Assembly: GCA_965369865.1 (NCBI GenBank)
Contig: CBDURU010000026.1
Location: forward strand, 1-33,410
Reading direction: 5' to 3'
DNA from: an uncultured bacterium
GTDB lineage: Bacteria; JAJVIF01; JAPKYR01
Length of the DNA: 33,410 nt
Position numbers and translations under genes: made by a program. The notes beneath the pieces are model-generated. The model was not told where the DNA came from. It worked only from the letters and a program-made list of their open reading frames with translations, and did not search any database. Positions 1 to 10,335 of the stretch are shown piece by piece (within the stretch, counting starts at the first letter, position 1; each line of letters begins with the position of its first letter).

Positions 1-23
1 CCCACTTCGCTTCGCTCCGTGGG
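1..23. repeat. REP-like hairpin, probably truncated at the window edge
   Basis: CCCAC-TTCGCTTCGCTCC-GTGGG has a 5-bp stem. The loop resembles CTTCGCTTCGCTC-type intergenic palindromes. It lies just downstream of the 72..5189 gene. Confidence 0.45.
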
Positions 24-71
24 GGGATGGTTATCTCTTGGATTTTCTTTTTATTTTCCGGACAGCAGTGA

Positions 72-3000
72 TTAGTTTCCCTGTTTTTCGATAATTATCA
101 CAAGCGGCTCCGACGGCAGGCTTGTCGAACCTTCGTCATCGGTTACCCTGAGCAGTACTTCGTACGTCCCGGGTAAATCATATGAATAAATTGGAGTCGG
201 TCCGGCATCCTCCCAGTTCAATCCGCCGTCATCAAAATACCATTCATATAATACAATTTCCATGCCGTCACAATCATTGTCATATGAGGCAGTCCCATCG
301 AAATGAATATCTTCACCAATGTCCGCCGTGAATTTATCGGCATCGGCTATCGCTATCGGCATTGCATTAATGATCTCAATCTCGATTGGTGATTCGAGCG
401 TATTCGATGTGCCTTCGTCATCCGTTACCCGGAATTGCACGTAATATGTACCGGGTATATCCCAGGAGTGATCAACAGATGGACCCACGGCATCATAAAT
501 TCCGTCATTGTTCCAGTCCCATTCATAGAGTTCGATAAATCCGCCGTCAGGATCGTAGGATCCATCATCTATAAAATGAATTACATCGCAGACCTTTTGT
601 GGATTAGGCCCGGCATATGCCAGTGCTACCGGTGGAATATCACCTTCATCAACAACTATTTCAAGGGGTGCGTCCAGGTAATCGATTCCGCCCTCATCAT
701 CCGTCACCCTCAACATCGGGTAGTAGGTCCCGGAGAGGTCATAAGAATATGACGGCGTCGGTCCGGCATTGACCCAGCCGAAACCATCACCATCGAAATC
801 CCATTCATACATGACGATCTCCATGCCGTCGCAGTCATTGTCAGTCGAAGCGGAACCGTCGAAAAATACGATCTCCCCGATACTGGGATTGTAGTTGTCC
901 GCTTCAGCAACTGCAGTCGGGAGAACATTCTCTACAATAATCGCCAGTGGCTCGTCGAGTTCATCGGTGTAACCAAGGTTATCGGTCACCCTGAACTGTA
1001 TATGCCGTGTGCCGACAACCGAAAACGAATGGAACGTTTCAACGCCGACTTCATCGTAAAATCCGTCATTGTTCCAGTCCCACTCATGTTTTTCGATATA
1101 GTCGCCGGCCTGTGGGTATGACCCGTTATCGAAGAAATGTATCGTTTCGCATACTGTTGCAGGATTAGGCATCGCGTCCGCGATAGCTACCGGACTCGTA
1201 AAATCAACCACATGTATTTCCAGGGGCCAGTCGAGATAATCCTGTTCACTCTCATCATCAGTAACACGAAGTTGCGGGTAGTATGTACCATACGCGGAGT
1301 ACGAATGCATCGGTGTCGGTCCGGCGTCCTGCCAGTAGAAACCATCACCCCTGAAGTTCCATTCGTACAGCACTATCTCCATCCCGTCGCAGTCATTGTC
1401 GTGCGACCCGGTTGCGTCGAACAGGATAATCTCATCTTTATCGACTTCATATTTATCCGCTTCAGCTTCGGCCGTTGGGTATTCACTCGTGATATTTACA
1501 TTAAGCGGTTCATCAAGTTCACCCGTATAACCAAGGTTATCGGTAACCCTGAACTGGATGGTGAAGATTCCGGTTTCGTACCATGTATGGAAAACATCGA
1601 TGCCTTCCTCATCATAAATCCCGTCATTGTCCCAGTCCCATTCATACAGGACAATCGAATCGCCCGCCTGGGGATAGGATCCGTCATCGTAGAAGTGCAC
1701 CGGCTCGCATTTGATCTGCATATCAGGCTCCAGATCGGCGATAGCGACCGGATTTACGATATCGGGTGTCACAAGGATTTCAAGCGGTGCATCAATATAA
1801 TCAAGTCCACCCTCATCGTCTGTCACCCGGAAGTTGACATTGTATATGCCGTACACACTGTACGAATGGGTCGGGACTGGTCCGACATCCTGCCAGATGA
1901 ATCCATCTCCGCTGAAATTCCATTCGAATTTCGTAATCTCCAGTCCATCGCAATCATTATCGTATGAACCGCCGCCATCAAAGTTTACCGGTTCATCTTC
2001 CATGACAGTATATTTATCCGCTTCCGCGATCGCGGTCGGCTGTGCGTTTACAATATCGATGAAGGCTAATTCAGCATAGGATGTAAAACCATTATTGTCA
2101 GTAACCTGCACGGAGACACCTTTTTCTCCTACGGTGTCCCATATGTGATCTGTCACTGCTGGGCCTTCCACAAGCGGCAACTGGCCAAACAACCACTCGT
2201 ATTTGACAATTGAATCACCCGACTGCGGGTACGACTCCGAAGCGTCGAAATGAACGGGTTCGCACACTGTTTGAGGATTGGGATTCGCTTCGAACAATGC
2301 CACCGGCTCCAGATATTCATTAACGGTAATTTCAAGCGGCTCATCCAGTTCCGCTGTTGATCCCTCGTCATCTGTAACCCTTAACATGGGATAGTAAGTC
2401 CCGTATACGGCGTATGCATGAACGGGAGCGGGTCCGGCGTCAGCCCAGTAAAATCCATCTCCTTTGAAGTTCCATTCGTACAGGACTATTTCCATGCCAT
2501 CGCAATCAAGATCGTATGATTCCGATCCATCAAACTGAATTTCCTCGTACTCAAACACCTCGTTTTTATCCACTGTCGCCATTGCGATCGGGTATGCGTT
2601 ATACATGGTCACCGTCAACGGTTCGTCAAGCTCATCCGTATCATCCTCTTCATCGGTGACCCTCAGGTTGATTTCGTAAATGCCCGGTTCATCCCACGAA
2701 TGGGTAAGCTCAAAACCTTCCTCGTCGAAAACCCCATCGTTCTCCCAGTCCCATTCCCACTTCACAATCAGGCCGCCGTCCTGGTCGTAGGACCCATCGT
2801 CAGCAAACAGGATAAGCTCGCAGATAATATCATGGTCCGGATCGGCAAGGCCTATTGCGACCGGGGGAAGGTCCGGGATGAAAAATTCAATTACCAGGGG
2901 TTCATCGAGAGTATCGGTTCCGCCCTCATCGTCAGTCACTCTCAATTGGATTTCATATTCCTGTTCCAATTCGAATGAATGAACCGCCGCGATACCTTCA

Positions 3001-5189
3001 TCATCGTAAACACCGTCGTTCTCCCAGTCCCATTCCCAATTGACAATTTCCTCTTCCTCGCAGTCAGGATCGTAAGAGCCCGACCCATCAAAGTTAAGCG
3101 GCGTGTTTATCCACCATTTGTTGTCGACAGCCTCCGGTGCTTCGGCTACCGCAACAGGGGGAATATTTTCCACGACGACCAGTAACGGTGTATAAAGCTC
3201 GCCCTCCTGGCCTTCATCGTCGATAACCTTCAACATCACAGGATGTTCACCCGCTATATCCCATGAATGGCTGACCAATTCACCCGATTCATCGTAAGTT
3301 CCGTCATTATCCCAGTCCCACCAGAATTCCTCGATCTCGCCGCCATCCGGATCATACGAACCCTCGCCGGTGAATTCGGACTGCTCGCACACAATCGCGG
3401 GTTTCGGATTGTAATCCGCGACCGCGATCGGGCTTACGTTCGTAGAAACCTTGATTGAAATTGGCTCATCGAGTTCGTCAGTTGCACCCTCATCATCCGT
3501 CACCCTCAGGTTTATCGGGTACTCTCCTTCCTCACTCCAGCCATGAATTACAACCTGCCCGGTTTCATCAAACATGCCGTCGTTGTCCCAGTCCCACTCC
3601 CACAGCACAATTTCAGTTTCTTCGCAGTCGTTATCGTGAGAACCCGTGCCATCAAACACGATCTCCTCATCGGGCATCAATTCTGTTTTCTCAACAAATA
3701 CTTCAGCGGTCGGAAGGGCATTATGGACCTTAACCACAAGTACTATCTCACCAAACTCACCGCTGTCGCTCGTAGCTTTGTAACCGACATAATAGGTGTC
3801 AGGGACGTCAAATGTATGAGAGACGGAATACCCAAACTCGTCGTACACGCCATCGAGGTCCCAATCCCATTTCCAGCCGATAATTGTTCCACCGGTTGTG
3901 TCGTACGAACCGTCATCGAAAAATAGAATCTCTTCGCAGATTTCCGGTTCATCCGGGTCGAAATCCGCTTTCGCAATTACAGTCGCTTCCGTCACTTCCA
4001 ACGTAATTATCTGGTAAGCGGTAAGGTCGAGATACTCAAAGGGAGGACCATTGGTAACATCCTCAACACCTATCAGGCACTGGTACATCCCCGCTTCAGC
4101 ATGGAGTTCGTTAGCGACAATTACTTCCCATGTGGCGTAATCGGCATACTCGACAACCAGTGTCGCCTCAACGGCGTCAGGAGAAACGCCGGGACATTCA
4201 ATAACCGGTGCATAGTAAGTTTCTGTCCCATCCCGGTCATATACATCGATTATCAGCTTCGTTGCCCCTCCCGCATTTGTCAGACCGCCGCCGATTGGAT
4301 CCTCGGTGACATCCAGTCTCCAAGGTTCCGGGCAGTTGGCGTTCGGACCGAAATCGGTCATCGGGTCCACCACCGGTGAATTTATGGGGAAATCCCAGTT
4401 TGCATCTATTGCATATCCGAAAATAAATGGTCCCGTTGACAGTACGATATCGTATATCACCACAACCGTATCGCCGCCGTAGAACGCATTACGAATATTC
4501 GCCGGGTCGTCTGTATTAAATCTTTTAAATGGGTTTATTTCGCAGTCCGGAAAATCCGGGGTTGCCAGGTTCCCTTTTATGTATCCCTGCAGCCCGCCAA
4601 AACCGCTTCCAATTGTTTTCGGGTTATACAGGGTCGTAAATCCATCGGCGTTCAGCACGTATCCATCGCCCGACTCAAACCGGGGCCCCTTTAACCCGGC
4701 TAACGGAAAATCCTGGCTCCCGGGGAACATCATGATCCCTCGCGTATCAAATACGGTGTAATCCAACAGGTAGAACGGGTTGGTGAGTGATATGCCGACC
4801 AGCAACGAATCGTGATCGGATAACTCGACCCCTTCTATCTTGAAACAGTCAAAGCATGGGCCCTGCTCCATGAATTTCAGGATGTTCAGGTGCATTCCGG
4901 CTACCCTCGCAGGAACAATCTCGAACACCTGGTTCTCCGGATCAACATATACCTCAAAAATTCCGAGAAGCGCATGCCCCGCCGATGTGCTCTCACGACC
5001 GTCCTCGTTTTCGGGTACTCCACCTGTAAGGCCTAATGGATCATCGCCGGCCGTCTGATCGGTTACTCCTGGATCCATACCGGGTAGAGTGGGGATTTGG
5101 TTTGTCCCCCCGGATGAACAACCTAGCAGAATAACTGCAAGCAATAACATTAATGTAATGTTTCGGAAAATCAGCCAGCACGCATGCAT
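72..5189 (-). CDS. Large acidic surface lipoprotein: conserved N-terminal CxxC module plus 14 PKD domains
   Basis: 1705 aa. GGAGG precedes the ATG. Hydrophobic signal with lipobox LLGC. Fourteen ~90-aa repeats of the form P.A...F.G..S.D....I..[WY].W[DN][WF].....H.[WYF]...G.Y...LRVTDDEG (PKD-like), many with DWDNDG loops. Confidence 0.9.
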   Translation of the reverse strand: MHACWLIFRNITLMLLLAVILLGCSSGGTNQIPTLPGMDPGVTDQTAGDDPLGLTGGVPENEDGRESTSAGHALLGIFEVYVDPENQVFEIVPARVAGMHLNILKFMEQGPCFDCFKIEGVELSDHDSLLVGISLTNPFYLLDYTVFDTRGIMMFPGSQDFPLAGLKGPRFESGDGYVLNADGFTTLYNPKTIGSGFGGLQGYIKGNLATPDFPDCEINPFKRFNTDDPANIRNAFYGGDTVVVIYDIVLSTGPFIFGYAIDANWDFPINSPVVDPMTDFGPNANCPEPWRLDVTEDPIGGGLTNAGGATKLIIDVYDRDGTETYYAPVIECPGVSPDAVEATLVVEYADYATWEVIVANELHAEAGMYQCLIGVEDVTNGPPFEYLDLTAYQIITLEVTEATVIAKADFDPDEPEICEEILFFDDGSYDTTGGTIIGWKWDWDLDGVYDEFGYSVSHTFDVPDTYYVGYKATSDSGEFGEIVLVVKVHNALPTAEVFVEKTELMPDEEIVFDGTGSHDNDCEETEIVLWEWDWDNDGMFDETGQVVIHGWSEEGEYPINLRVTDDEGATDELDEPISIKVSTNVSPIAVADYNPKPAIVCEQSEFTGEGSYDPDGGEIEEFWWDWDNDGTYDESGELVSHSWDIAGEHPVMLKVIDDEGQEGELYTPLLVVVENIPPVAVAEAPEAVDNKWWINTPLNFDGSGSYDPDCEEEEIVNWEWDWENDGVYDDEGIAAVHSFELEQEYEIQLRVTDDEGGTDTLDEPLVIEFFIPDLPPVAIGLADPDHDIICELILFADDGSYDQDGGLIVKWEWDWENDGVFDEEGFELTHSWDEPGIYEINLRVTDEEDDTDELDEPLTVTMYNAYPIAMATVDKNEVFEYEEIQFDGSESYDLDCDGMEIVLYEWNFKGDGFYWADAGPAPVHAYAVYGTYYPMLRVTDDEGSTAELDEPLEITVNEYLEPVALFEANPNPQTVCEPVHFDASESYPQSGDSIVKYEWLFGQLPLVEGPAVTDHIWDTVGEKGVSVQVTDNNGFTSYAELAFIDIVNAQPTAIAEADKYTVMEDEPVNFDGGGSYDNDCDGLEITKFEWNFSGDGFIWQDVGPVPTHSYSVYGIYNVNFRVTDDEGGLDYIDAPLEILVTPDIVNPVAIADLEPDMQIKCEPVHFYDDGSYPQAGDSIVLYEWDWDNDGIYDEEGIDVFHTWYETGIFTIQFRVTDNLGYTGELDEPLNVNITSEYPTAEAEADKYEVDKDEIILFDATGSHDNDCDGMEIVLYEWNFRGDGFYWQDAGPTPMHSYSAYGTYYPQLRVTDDESEQDYLDWPLEIHVVDFTSPVAIADAMPNPATVCETIHFFDNGSYPQAGDYIEKHEWDWNNDGFYDEVGVETFHSFSVVGTRHIQFRVTDNLGYTDELDEPLAIIVENVLPTAVAEADNYNPSIGEIVFFDGSASTDNDCDGMEIVMYEWDFDGDGFGWVNAGPTPSYSYDLSGTYYPMLRVTDDEGGIDYLDAPLEIVVDEGDIPPVALAYAGPNPQKVCDVIHFIDDGSYDPDGGFIELYEWDWNNDGIYDAVGPSVDHSWDIPGTYYVQFRVTDDEGTSNTLESPIEIEIINAMPIAIADADKFTADIGEDIHFDGTASYDNDCDGMEIVLYEWYFDDGGLNWEDAGPTPIYSYDLPGTYEVLLRVTDDEGSTSLPSEPLVIIIEKQGN

Positions 5190-5380
5190 ATGTGGGCCTC
5201 CATTTAACCTGTTATTTCAGTCTATCACGGAATTTTGGAAATCCGGTCCCCCGCAGCCTCCACGCTAACAATAATTATAACTTTATAATGATAACTTGGT
5301 CAATGGCTGGCAGCCGAATATTGTGTTTTTTTACTTTGCCCGTTGGATTGACTCTTGAGAACCGGCTTGTGACCATATAG

Positions 5381-5409
5381 TTGATTTCAATGGGTTATCA
5401 TCCTATAAT
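5381..5409 (+). promoter_or_regulatory. Sigma70-type promoter for the TPR/AMIN-sugar transferase operon
   Basis: TTGATT (5381-5386), 17-bp spacer, TATAAT (5404-5409). Confidence 0.6.
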
Positions 5410-5490
5410 ATCTTGAGTTGGGTTTAAATTTTATTAAATCCGGTATACTTTGGCAGCCTGGGGTATTTTTAAATGGGTTGCCTGGGAGAT

Positions 5491-6906
5491 ATGAAACCAG
5501 TGATTGGCCCCGAGGGTGATTTAAAACCTAGTCAGGATAAAGGCTTGCATTGCCTGGAATGCGGAACCGACCTTCCGGACGATGCATCGAAATGTCCCAA
5601 CTGCGGAAACGAGAAAAATATTCTCCCCGCCAGATGGCACCCACCTGATTCTTTTGGCGGTTTAAAATCTTCTTTTTCTAAGTTGAGCAATGAAACAAGG
5701 ATACTTGTGGGTTTGTCGCTCGCCCTTTTATGTACCCTTTGGATGCTTGGGTCTGCCCGGGCCGGTAGCCAGGTGCTCCTTAACGGCCAGCAGGACACTG
5801 GGATCGAAATTGTTCGTGCCGATCTGGGAAATGTGGTCCAAATCGAAGAAGTCGAAATCACCGGACATCCTCCGGGCACATCCGCTCAAGAGCTGGAGCC
5901 CGTTAATATCGAAGATGCCAGGCTTCAGGCAAATTCGGTGCAGGATGATGGCAACTGGTTCGATGCTGTCGATTTGTGGACCGAGGTTACCAGGATGGAA
6001 AACGCCGTACTCGATGATTTTCTGGCACTCGCTAATGCTCACGACCGGGTGGACGATACTTTCGCTGCCCTCGCGAGCCTTAACAGCGCAATTGTCAGGT
6101 TCCCCGAAAGCCCTGAAGGATACCTCAAACTCGGTAACCTCCAGGAGCGGATGGATAACCTGAACGCGGCACGATTCCAGTACCAGGTCGGACTGACCTA
6201 CTGCCCGGGTAATATCGATTTAATTGAAAATCTCCATCGTGTTGAAACAGGCCTAGGGCTTGTTGACGAAACAATCCCGGACTTCACCCCCGAAACCGTC
6301 CCGGCCGAAATTCCTGTGGAAATTGAACCCGACGGATCGGTCATTGTCGAATTGGTCGTTCCTGTTATCGAACCGGTCGAAATTGAACCCGATCCGGTTC
6401 CTGAAAATCCTGTTCAGCCGGATACGGAACCCGAACCGGATATCGATGAACCTTTAACACTTATTGGCGGCGAACCGGATGTTCTGACATCGGGTACCCC
6501 GGATTCCGATGAGCCGGATGGTGACGTTTCAGATTCCACCACACCTGAAGAAGGACTGATTATCGATATCCTGGACTTTGAAATTTCAGCTACAAATGAC
6601 ATGGTTTCCGTGAACCTTATAGTAAACAGTCCTGCTGCATTCAGTACCAGCACCGCAAGCGATCCACCCAGATTAATTGTCAGGTTGCCCGGTACCCGGA
6701 TTGCGCCAGGATCGAGTATAATCAGGGATATAAATATCAATGTGCCTTTAGTGGAAAGGGTACATCTTGGCGAGGGGTCGGCCGATAATAAAACGGTGGC
6801 GATTCTCGTCATATATCTTGGAGAAAATGTTCGCCATTCTGTCAGTGCTGATGATCACTCTGTGAGAGTTAGAATAGGAAAGGAACCCGGTGAGGAAGCC
6901 GGGTGA
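5491..6906 (+). CDS. Membrane-anchored zinc-ribbon/TPR protein with an acidic Pro-rich linker and a C-terminal AMIN-like domain
   Basis: CLECG..CPNCG zinc ribbon; TM segment ILVGLSLALLCTLWMLG; TPR-like helices (FPESPEGYLKLGNL..AARFQYQVGLTYCPGN); C-terminal DPPRLIVRLPG motif typical of AMIN. Start placed at ATG 5491 after GGGAG; the ORF track starts at 5473. Confidence 0.7.
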   Translation: MKPVIGPEGDLKPSQDKGLHCLECGTDLPDDASKCPNCGNEKNILPARWHPPDSFGGLKSSFSKLSNETRILVGLSLALLCTLWMLGSARAGSQVLLNGQQDTGIEIVRADLGNVVQIEEVEITGHPPGTSAQELEPVNIEDARLQANSVQDDGNWFDAVDLWTEVTRMENAVLDDFLALANAHDRVDDTFAALASLNSAIVRFPESPEGYLKLGNLQERMDNLNAARFQYQVGLTYCPGNIDLIENLHRVETGLGLVDETIPDFTPETVPAEIPVEIEPDGSVIVELVVPVIEPVEIEPDPVPENPVQPDTEPEPDIDEPLTLIGGEPDVLTSGTPDSDEPDGDVSDSTTPEEGLIIDILDFEISATNDMVSVNLIVNSPAAFSTSTASDPPRLIVRLPGTRIAPGSSIIRDININVPLVERVHLGEGSADNKTVAILVIYLGENVRHSVSADDHSVRVRIGKEPGEEAG

Positions 6907-6916
6907 GGGTGTTATT

Positions 6917-7681
6917 ATGGGGCTAACCAGTTTAAAACCCAGCGATGGGGCTATTACTTCTGTACAAGAGGAACGCCGGTCAGAGTCCATCGACAATCCG
7001 GCTGATGTGAACCTGACTTTCGCCGACGAAATCGAGTACTGGCAGAGCGGCATTACTCTCAGCAGGCAGGGTTTGCTCTACCACGTTTTAAAACGCACGA
7101 TCGACATTATTTTCGCGGTCGTTTTCCTGTTTCTCGGAATCCCATGGCTCCTCGTATGCGGTCTTCTTATGAAAAGGGAGGCGCCGGGACCGTTCTTCTA
7201 CAAGCAGGACAGAATTGGCAGGGATGGAAAAATCCTTAACGTTTACAAGCTGAGAAGCATGCCTGTCGACGCTGAATGTAACGGTCCCCAGCTCACACCG
7301 CTGAATGGTGACTGCCGTCTCGGTCCCGTGGGTAAATTTATCCGCAGGGCTAAAATCGATGAGCTTCCCCAGTTCTGGAACGTACTGAAGGGTGAGTTCT
7401 CGGTGGTCGGACCGCGTCCCGAACGTCCTTATTTCGTAAAACAATTCGAGGAGAAGTACCCGCTTTTCAATATCAGGCACACTGTGAAACCGGGTCTCAC
7501 CGGACTGGCGCAGGTTAATGAAAAAGATTCACTGAATATGCGAGTAAAACTTCGCTACGACCTCTTCTATGTCCGCAAGCACAATCTCTTGCTGGATCTG
7601 AAAATCTTATGGGACACGGCGATGTACTGTTTCCGCCAGTTGTTCACCGGATTCCGTGACGCCGCCAATGGTAGAATTTAA
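6917..7681 (+). CDS. Bacterial sugar transferase (PglC/WcaJ-type phosphoglycosyl transferase, catalytic domain only)
   Basis: KRxxD helix followed by GPFFYKQDRIG, KLRSM, DELPQFWNVLKGEFSVVGPRPERP, VKPGLTGLAQV and YDLFYV. ATG 6917 follows GAGGG. Confidence 0.92.
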   Translation: MGLTSLKPSDGAITSVQEERRSESIDNPADVNLTFADEIEYWQSGITLSRQGLLYHVLKRTIDIIFAVVFLFLGIPWLLVCGLLMKREAPGPFFYKQDRIGRDGKILNVYKLRSMPVDAECNGPQLTPLNGDCRLGPVGKFIRRAKIDELPQFWNVLKGEFSVVGPRPERPYFVKQFEEKYPLFNIRHTVKPGLTGLAQVNEKDSLNMRVKLRYDLFYVRKHNLLLDLKILWDTAMYCFRQLFTGFRDAANGRI

Positions 7682-7792
7682 GTAACTTTTTTAACCGATC
7701 AACCACATTTACCCAAACAACCTCATTTACAAATATAAAACCTGAAAACCAACGACCCCGTCCCGCGTTTTTTTATACAAATTCCCCCTTCC

Positions 7793-7874
7793 GCGTGGCG
7801 TTGATAAGCTGAGTGAGACACGATAAATAACCAATCCTAAAAAACACTCCGGGTCGAACGTGCTTGCCAACGAA
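7793..7874. repeat. 82-nt structured intergenic element, copy 1
   Basis: GCGTGG-CGTTGATAAGC-TGAGTGAGACA-[30 nt]-GGGTCGAACGT-GCTTGCCAACG-AA. It matches 19218-19299. Confidence 0.8.
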
Positions 7875-7878
7875 CCTG

Positions 7879-10134
7879 CTATTCAGATCCCAGGGCGAGT
7901 TGCTCGAAATAGAAACGCACAAAGTCAGCGTATGATCTTGGGATATCCTGATCCTCCATCGCGTCCATGAGCGCTGTCACATCCGAAGTTTCAAGCTCGA
8001 AGTACGGCACATAACTCGTCTCACCGGTTTGTGGGTCTACAACTTCAGTGAATATATACGATCCACCGACATCCGTGAATTTACCCTCAAGTTGCACATC
8101 ATAGAACTGGCCGGGTTTAAACCTGGATGCGTAGATTTCCTCATAATCACGGTACTCGTCCGGATTGGCGTTGGGATCCTCCGATGGATCATTCATCGCG
8201 CCGGATTCCACTCCATATGTACCGGCCTGGTACGGGCTTGAACCTGTGCCCCAGTTCTGCCCGCCTCTGTTACAGCTTCCCTGCCCGCCGGGTTTTGAAC
8301 AGTTACCGCTGATTGATGATCGTGATCTCGAGATTCCCTCTTTCATTTTACTGAAACTCGAGCATGAGCCAAGGCTCTGTCCATAACGGCCCATGCACTG
8401 CCCGGCGCTTCTGCATGCCGACGCCGCTTCTCCCATGCTCTGGCCCATCTGACTCGGCATTCCCAGGCTGCTGGGCATCCCGAACAAACTGCTCATGCTG
8501 GATCCGGCCTGGGAGTTCTGTCCGCACTGGCTGTTTCCGCTGCTGGGATTATTGCATTGTCCGCCCGAGCAATCTGTTTTCTCTCCCATCTCTTCCTGGG
8601 ATGTGCCGCTTTCCTCGAGCTGTCGTCTCACTTCATCAAGCCGCTGTCGAGCGGACTGGTTGGACCCGGATGAGCACGATCCCTCGGATATCTCTTCCTG
8701 GAGACCTTGAGCTACACTCTGGCACGTGGATTGAAGTTCCCCGCTTTGCTCACTTGAAAGCTGATTTGAATCCTGACATGCCTGTTCAAGGCGTTCCGCT
8801 TCCTCGATCAGTTCCTCCGCGATCTCCTCATCTGTGCGAGTATCCTCATCGCCAAAGTCTGCGCCCGCTTCTTCCAGCATTTGTCTGACTTCCTGGATTC
8901 TCTGCTGCGCGTCGGCGATGTCTTCCTGTGTGACTTCACCGGAGTCGAGAGCGGCCTGGAGGTCGTCGCGGACTTCCTCAAGCATCTCGATTGCCTGGTC
9001 AATAACATCCTGGGCTATGTCAAGGTCCTGGATTTCCGGGATCGCGTCATCGATTGACTCAATGAGCATTTCAGCCATTTCTTCAGGGTCCCTCTGCCCG
9101 GACATCCCCTCCCCCTGGTCTGCGGCTGCCATCATCTCATCACGGGCCTGCGCGAGCGCGTCGCGCAATGCCTGCGTTTCAGGATCGTCTCCCATCGAGT
9201 TGATCGCTTCATTCAGGGCGTTTGCCATGTCCCTAAGGTTTTCAGCCGGTACCCTTCCGGCTTCGAGGTCGGCGGCGAGGCGGTTCATCGCTTCCTCAGC
9301 GGCCTGGGCATTCCCATCTTGCAGGGCATCGGAAACATCGGACAGATTCTCATCCCGCCGAAGTTCCTCCGAGAGACGTTCGAACTGTTCCTGGAGATCA
9401 TCGTAGCCCTCATCGCTCGTGACCCCGTCGATTGCGTTCTCGATTGCGTTTAAACGTTCAAGAGCTTCACGTCGAGTCAGGGTGCCGAATTCCATATCTT
9501 CGGCGAGTTGTTCGAGTTCCCGCGCGATTTCTTCAGCGAAATCGGTCCGTTCTGGTGGGGGATTAATCCTTATTTCCTGCGCTATCTGCCGGACACGCTC
9601 GGCCTCGGCGGCTACATTGGTGTATTCATCGCGAGTTTCATCGGAGGCGAATACATATTGCCAGGGTGGAACGAAATAAAGCCCGGCGGTTATCAGGATT
9701 AAGGCGAGAGCATATGCAATCTCTCTCGGGAACCGAATGGGAAAATCACGGGACGGTTTAATCCTCACTGCATGACGTTCAGCGTCTTTTATGAGAGCCG
9801 GGATAAGGGGGTTGGAGTCTTTATCCTTCGCGAATTCAATCGCGCTTGTAAGGCGTTCCTTGATCCCGAGTTTGACGTCCGCTGTAAATGCCGCGTCGAA
9901 AAGTGTGATCGGCTTGAACAGTGCGGCTGTCATTCCCAAAAAAAGACCGGCGATGACTATGGATACGGAGGTGCGAATAAGGTCAATTCCCATGGGCACG
10001 AACTTGCTCACGATCATCATAACAACTGCGATCAATGCTCCGATCGCAAGCCCTCGCGCAGCCCATTTCAATATGAGCTGGAATTGGATTTGAGTTTGGA
10101 CGCCTTTTAGGCTCTTGTTAATTTTCGGTGTCAT
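7879..10134 (-). CDS. Membrane-anchored acidic coiled-coil protein (DUF4175-like)
   Basis: 751 aa with three N-terminal TM segments, an ERLTSAIEF motif, a long E/Q/D coiled coil, a Gly/Ser/Cys-rich region and a C-terminal IPRSYADFVRFYFEQL motif. Confidence 0.65.
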   Translation of the reverse strand: MTPKINKSLKGVQTQIQFQLILKWAARGLAIGALIAVVMMIVSKFVPMGIDLIRTSVSIVIAGLFLGMTAALFKPITLFDAAFTADVKLGIKERLTSAIEFAKDKDSNPLIPALIKDAERHAVRIKPSRDFPIRFPREIAYALALILITAGLYFVPPWQYVFASDETRDEYTNVAAEAERVRQIAQEIRINPPPERTDFAEEIARELEQLAEDMEFGTLTRREALERLNAIENAIDGVTSDEGYDDLQEQFERLSEELRRDENLSDVSDALQDGNAQAAEEAMNRLAADLEAGRVPAENLRDMANALNEAINSMGDDPETQALRDALAQARDEMMAAADQGEGMSGQRDPEEMAEMLIESIDDAIPEIQDLDIAQDVIDQAIEMLEEVRDDLQAALDSGEVTQEDIADAQQRIQEVRQMLEEAGADFGDEDTRTDEEIAEELIEEAERLEQACQDSNQLSSEQSGELQSTCQSVAQGLQEEISEGSCSSGSNQSARQRLDEVRRQLEESGTSQEEMGEKTDCSGGQCNNPSSGNSQCGQNSQAGSSMSSLFGMPSSLGMPSQMGQSMGEAASACRSAGQCMGRYGQSLGSCSSFSKMKEGISRSRSSISGNCSKPGGQGSCNRGGQNWGTGSSPYQAGTYGVESGAMNDPSEDPNANPDEYRDYEEIYASRFKPGQFYDVQLEGKFTDVGGSYIFTEVVDPQTGETSYVPYFELETSDVTALMDAMEDQDIPRSYADFVRFYFEQLALGSE

Positions 10135-10335
10135 ATTGTTAACTGACTGATCGGACGTCTGGTCCCTTTTAATGGGAAATTATATCCTTGAACCAATTAT
10201 TGTTAATATCAGTATACCATCCAATAAGATGATTGAAGGGGGTTGAGGTTCGATAAAAACATGGGAAATCGGGATTAAAAATGATCCCCCCTTAACCCCT
10301 GGATTAATTATTTACCTCCCCGGTAAGCCCTGACC

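Noticed and set aside
72..3980. Diversity-generating retroelement TR/VR pair within the repeats
   Set aside because: The similarity is explained by protein-level PKD repeats, I saw no adenine-specific mismatch pattern, and there is no reverse transcriptase in the window.
7793..7874. 82-nt element as an active hammerhead ribozyme or integron attC site
   Set aside because: The core reads CUGAGUGA rather than CUGANGA and GAAC rather than GAAA, stem III is absent, and G occupies the cleavage position. The GTT...AAC order is the reverse of attC (RYYYAAC...GTTRRRY), and no integrase is present.
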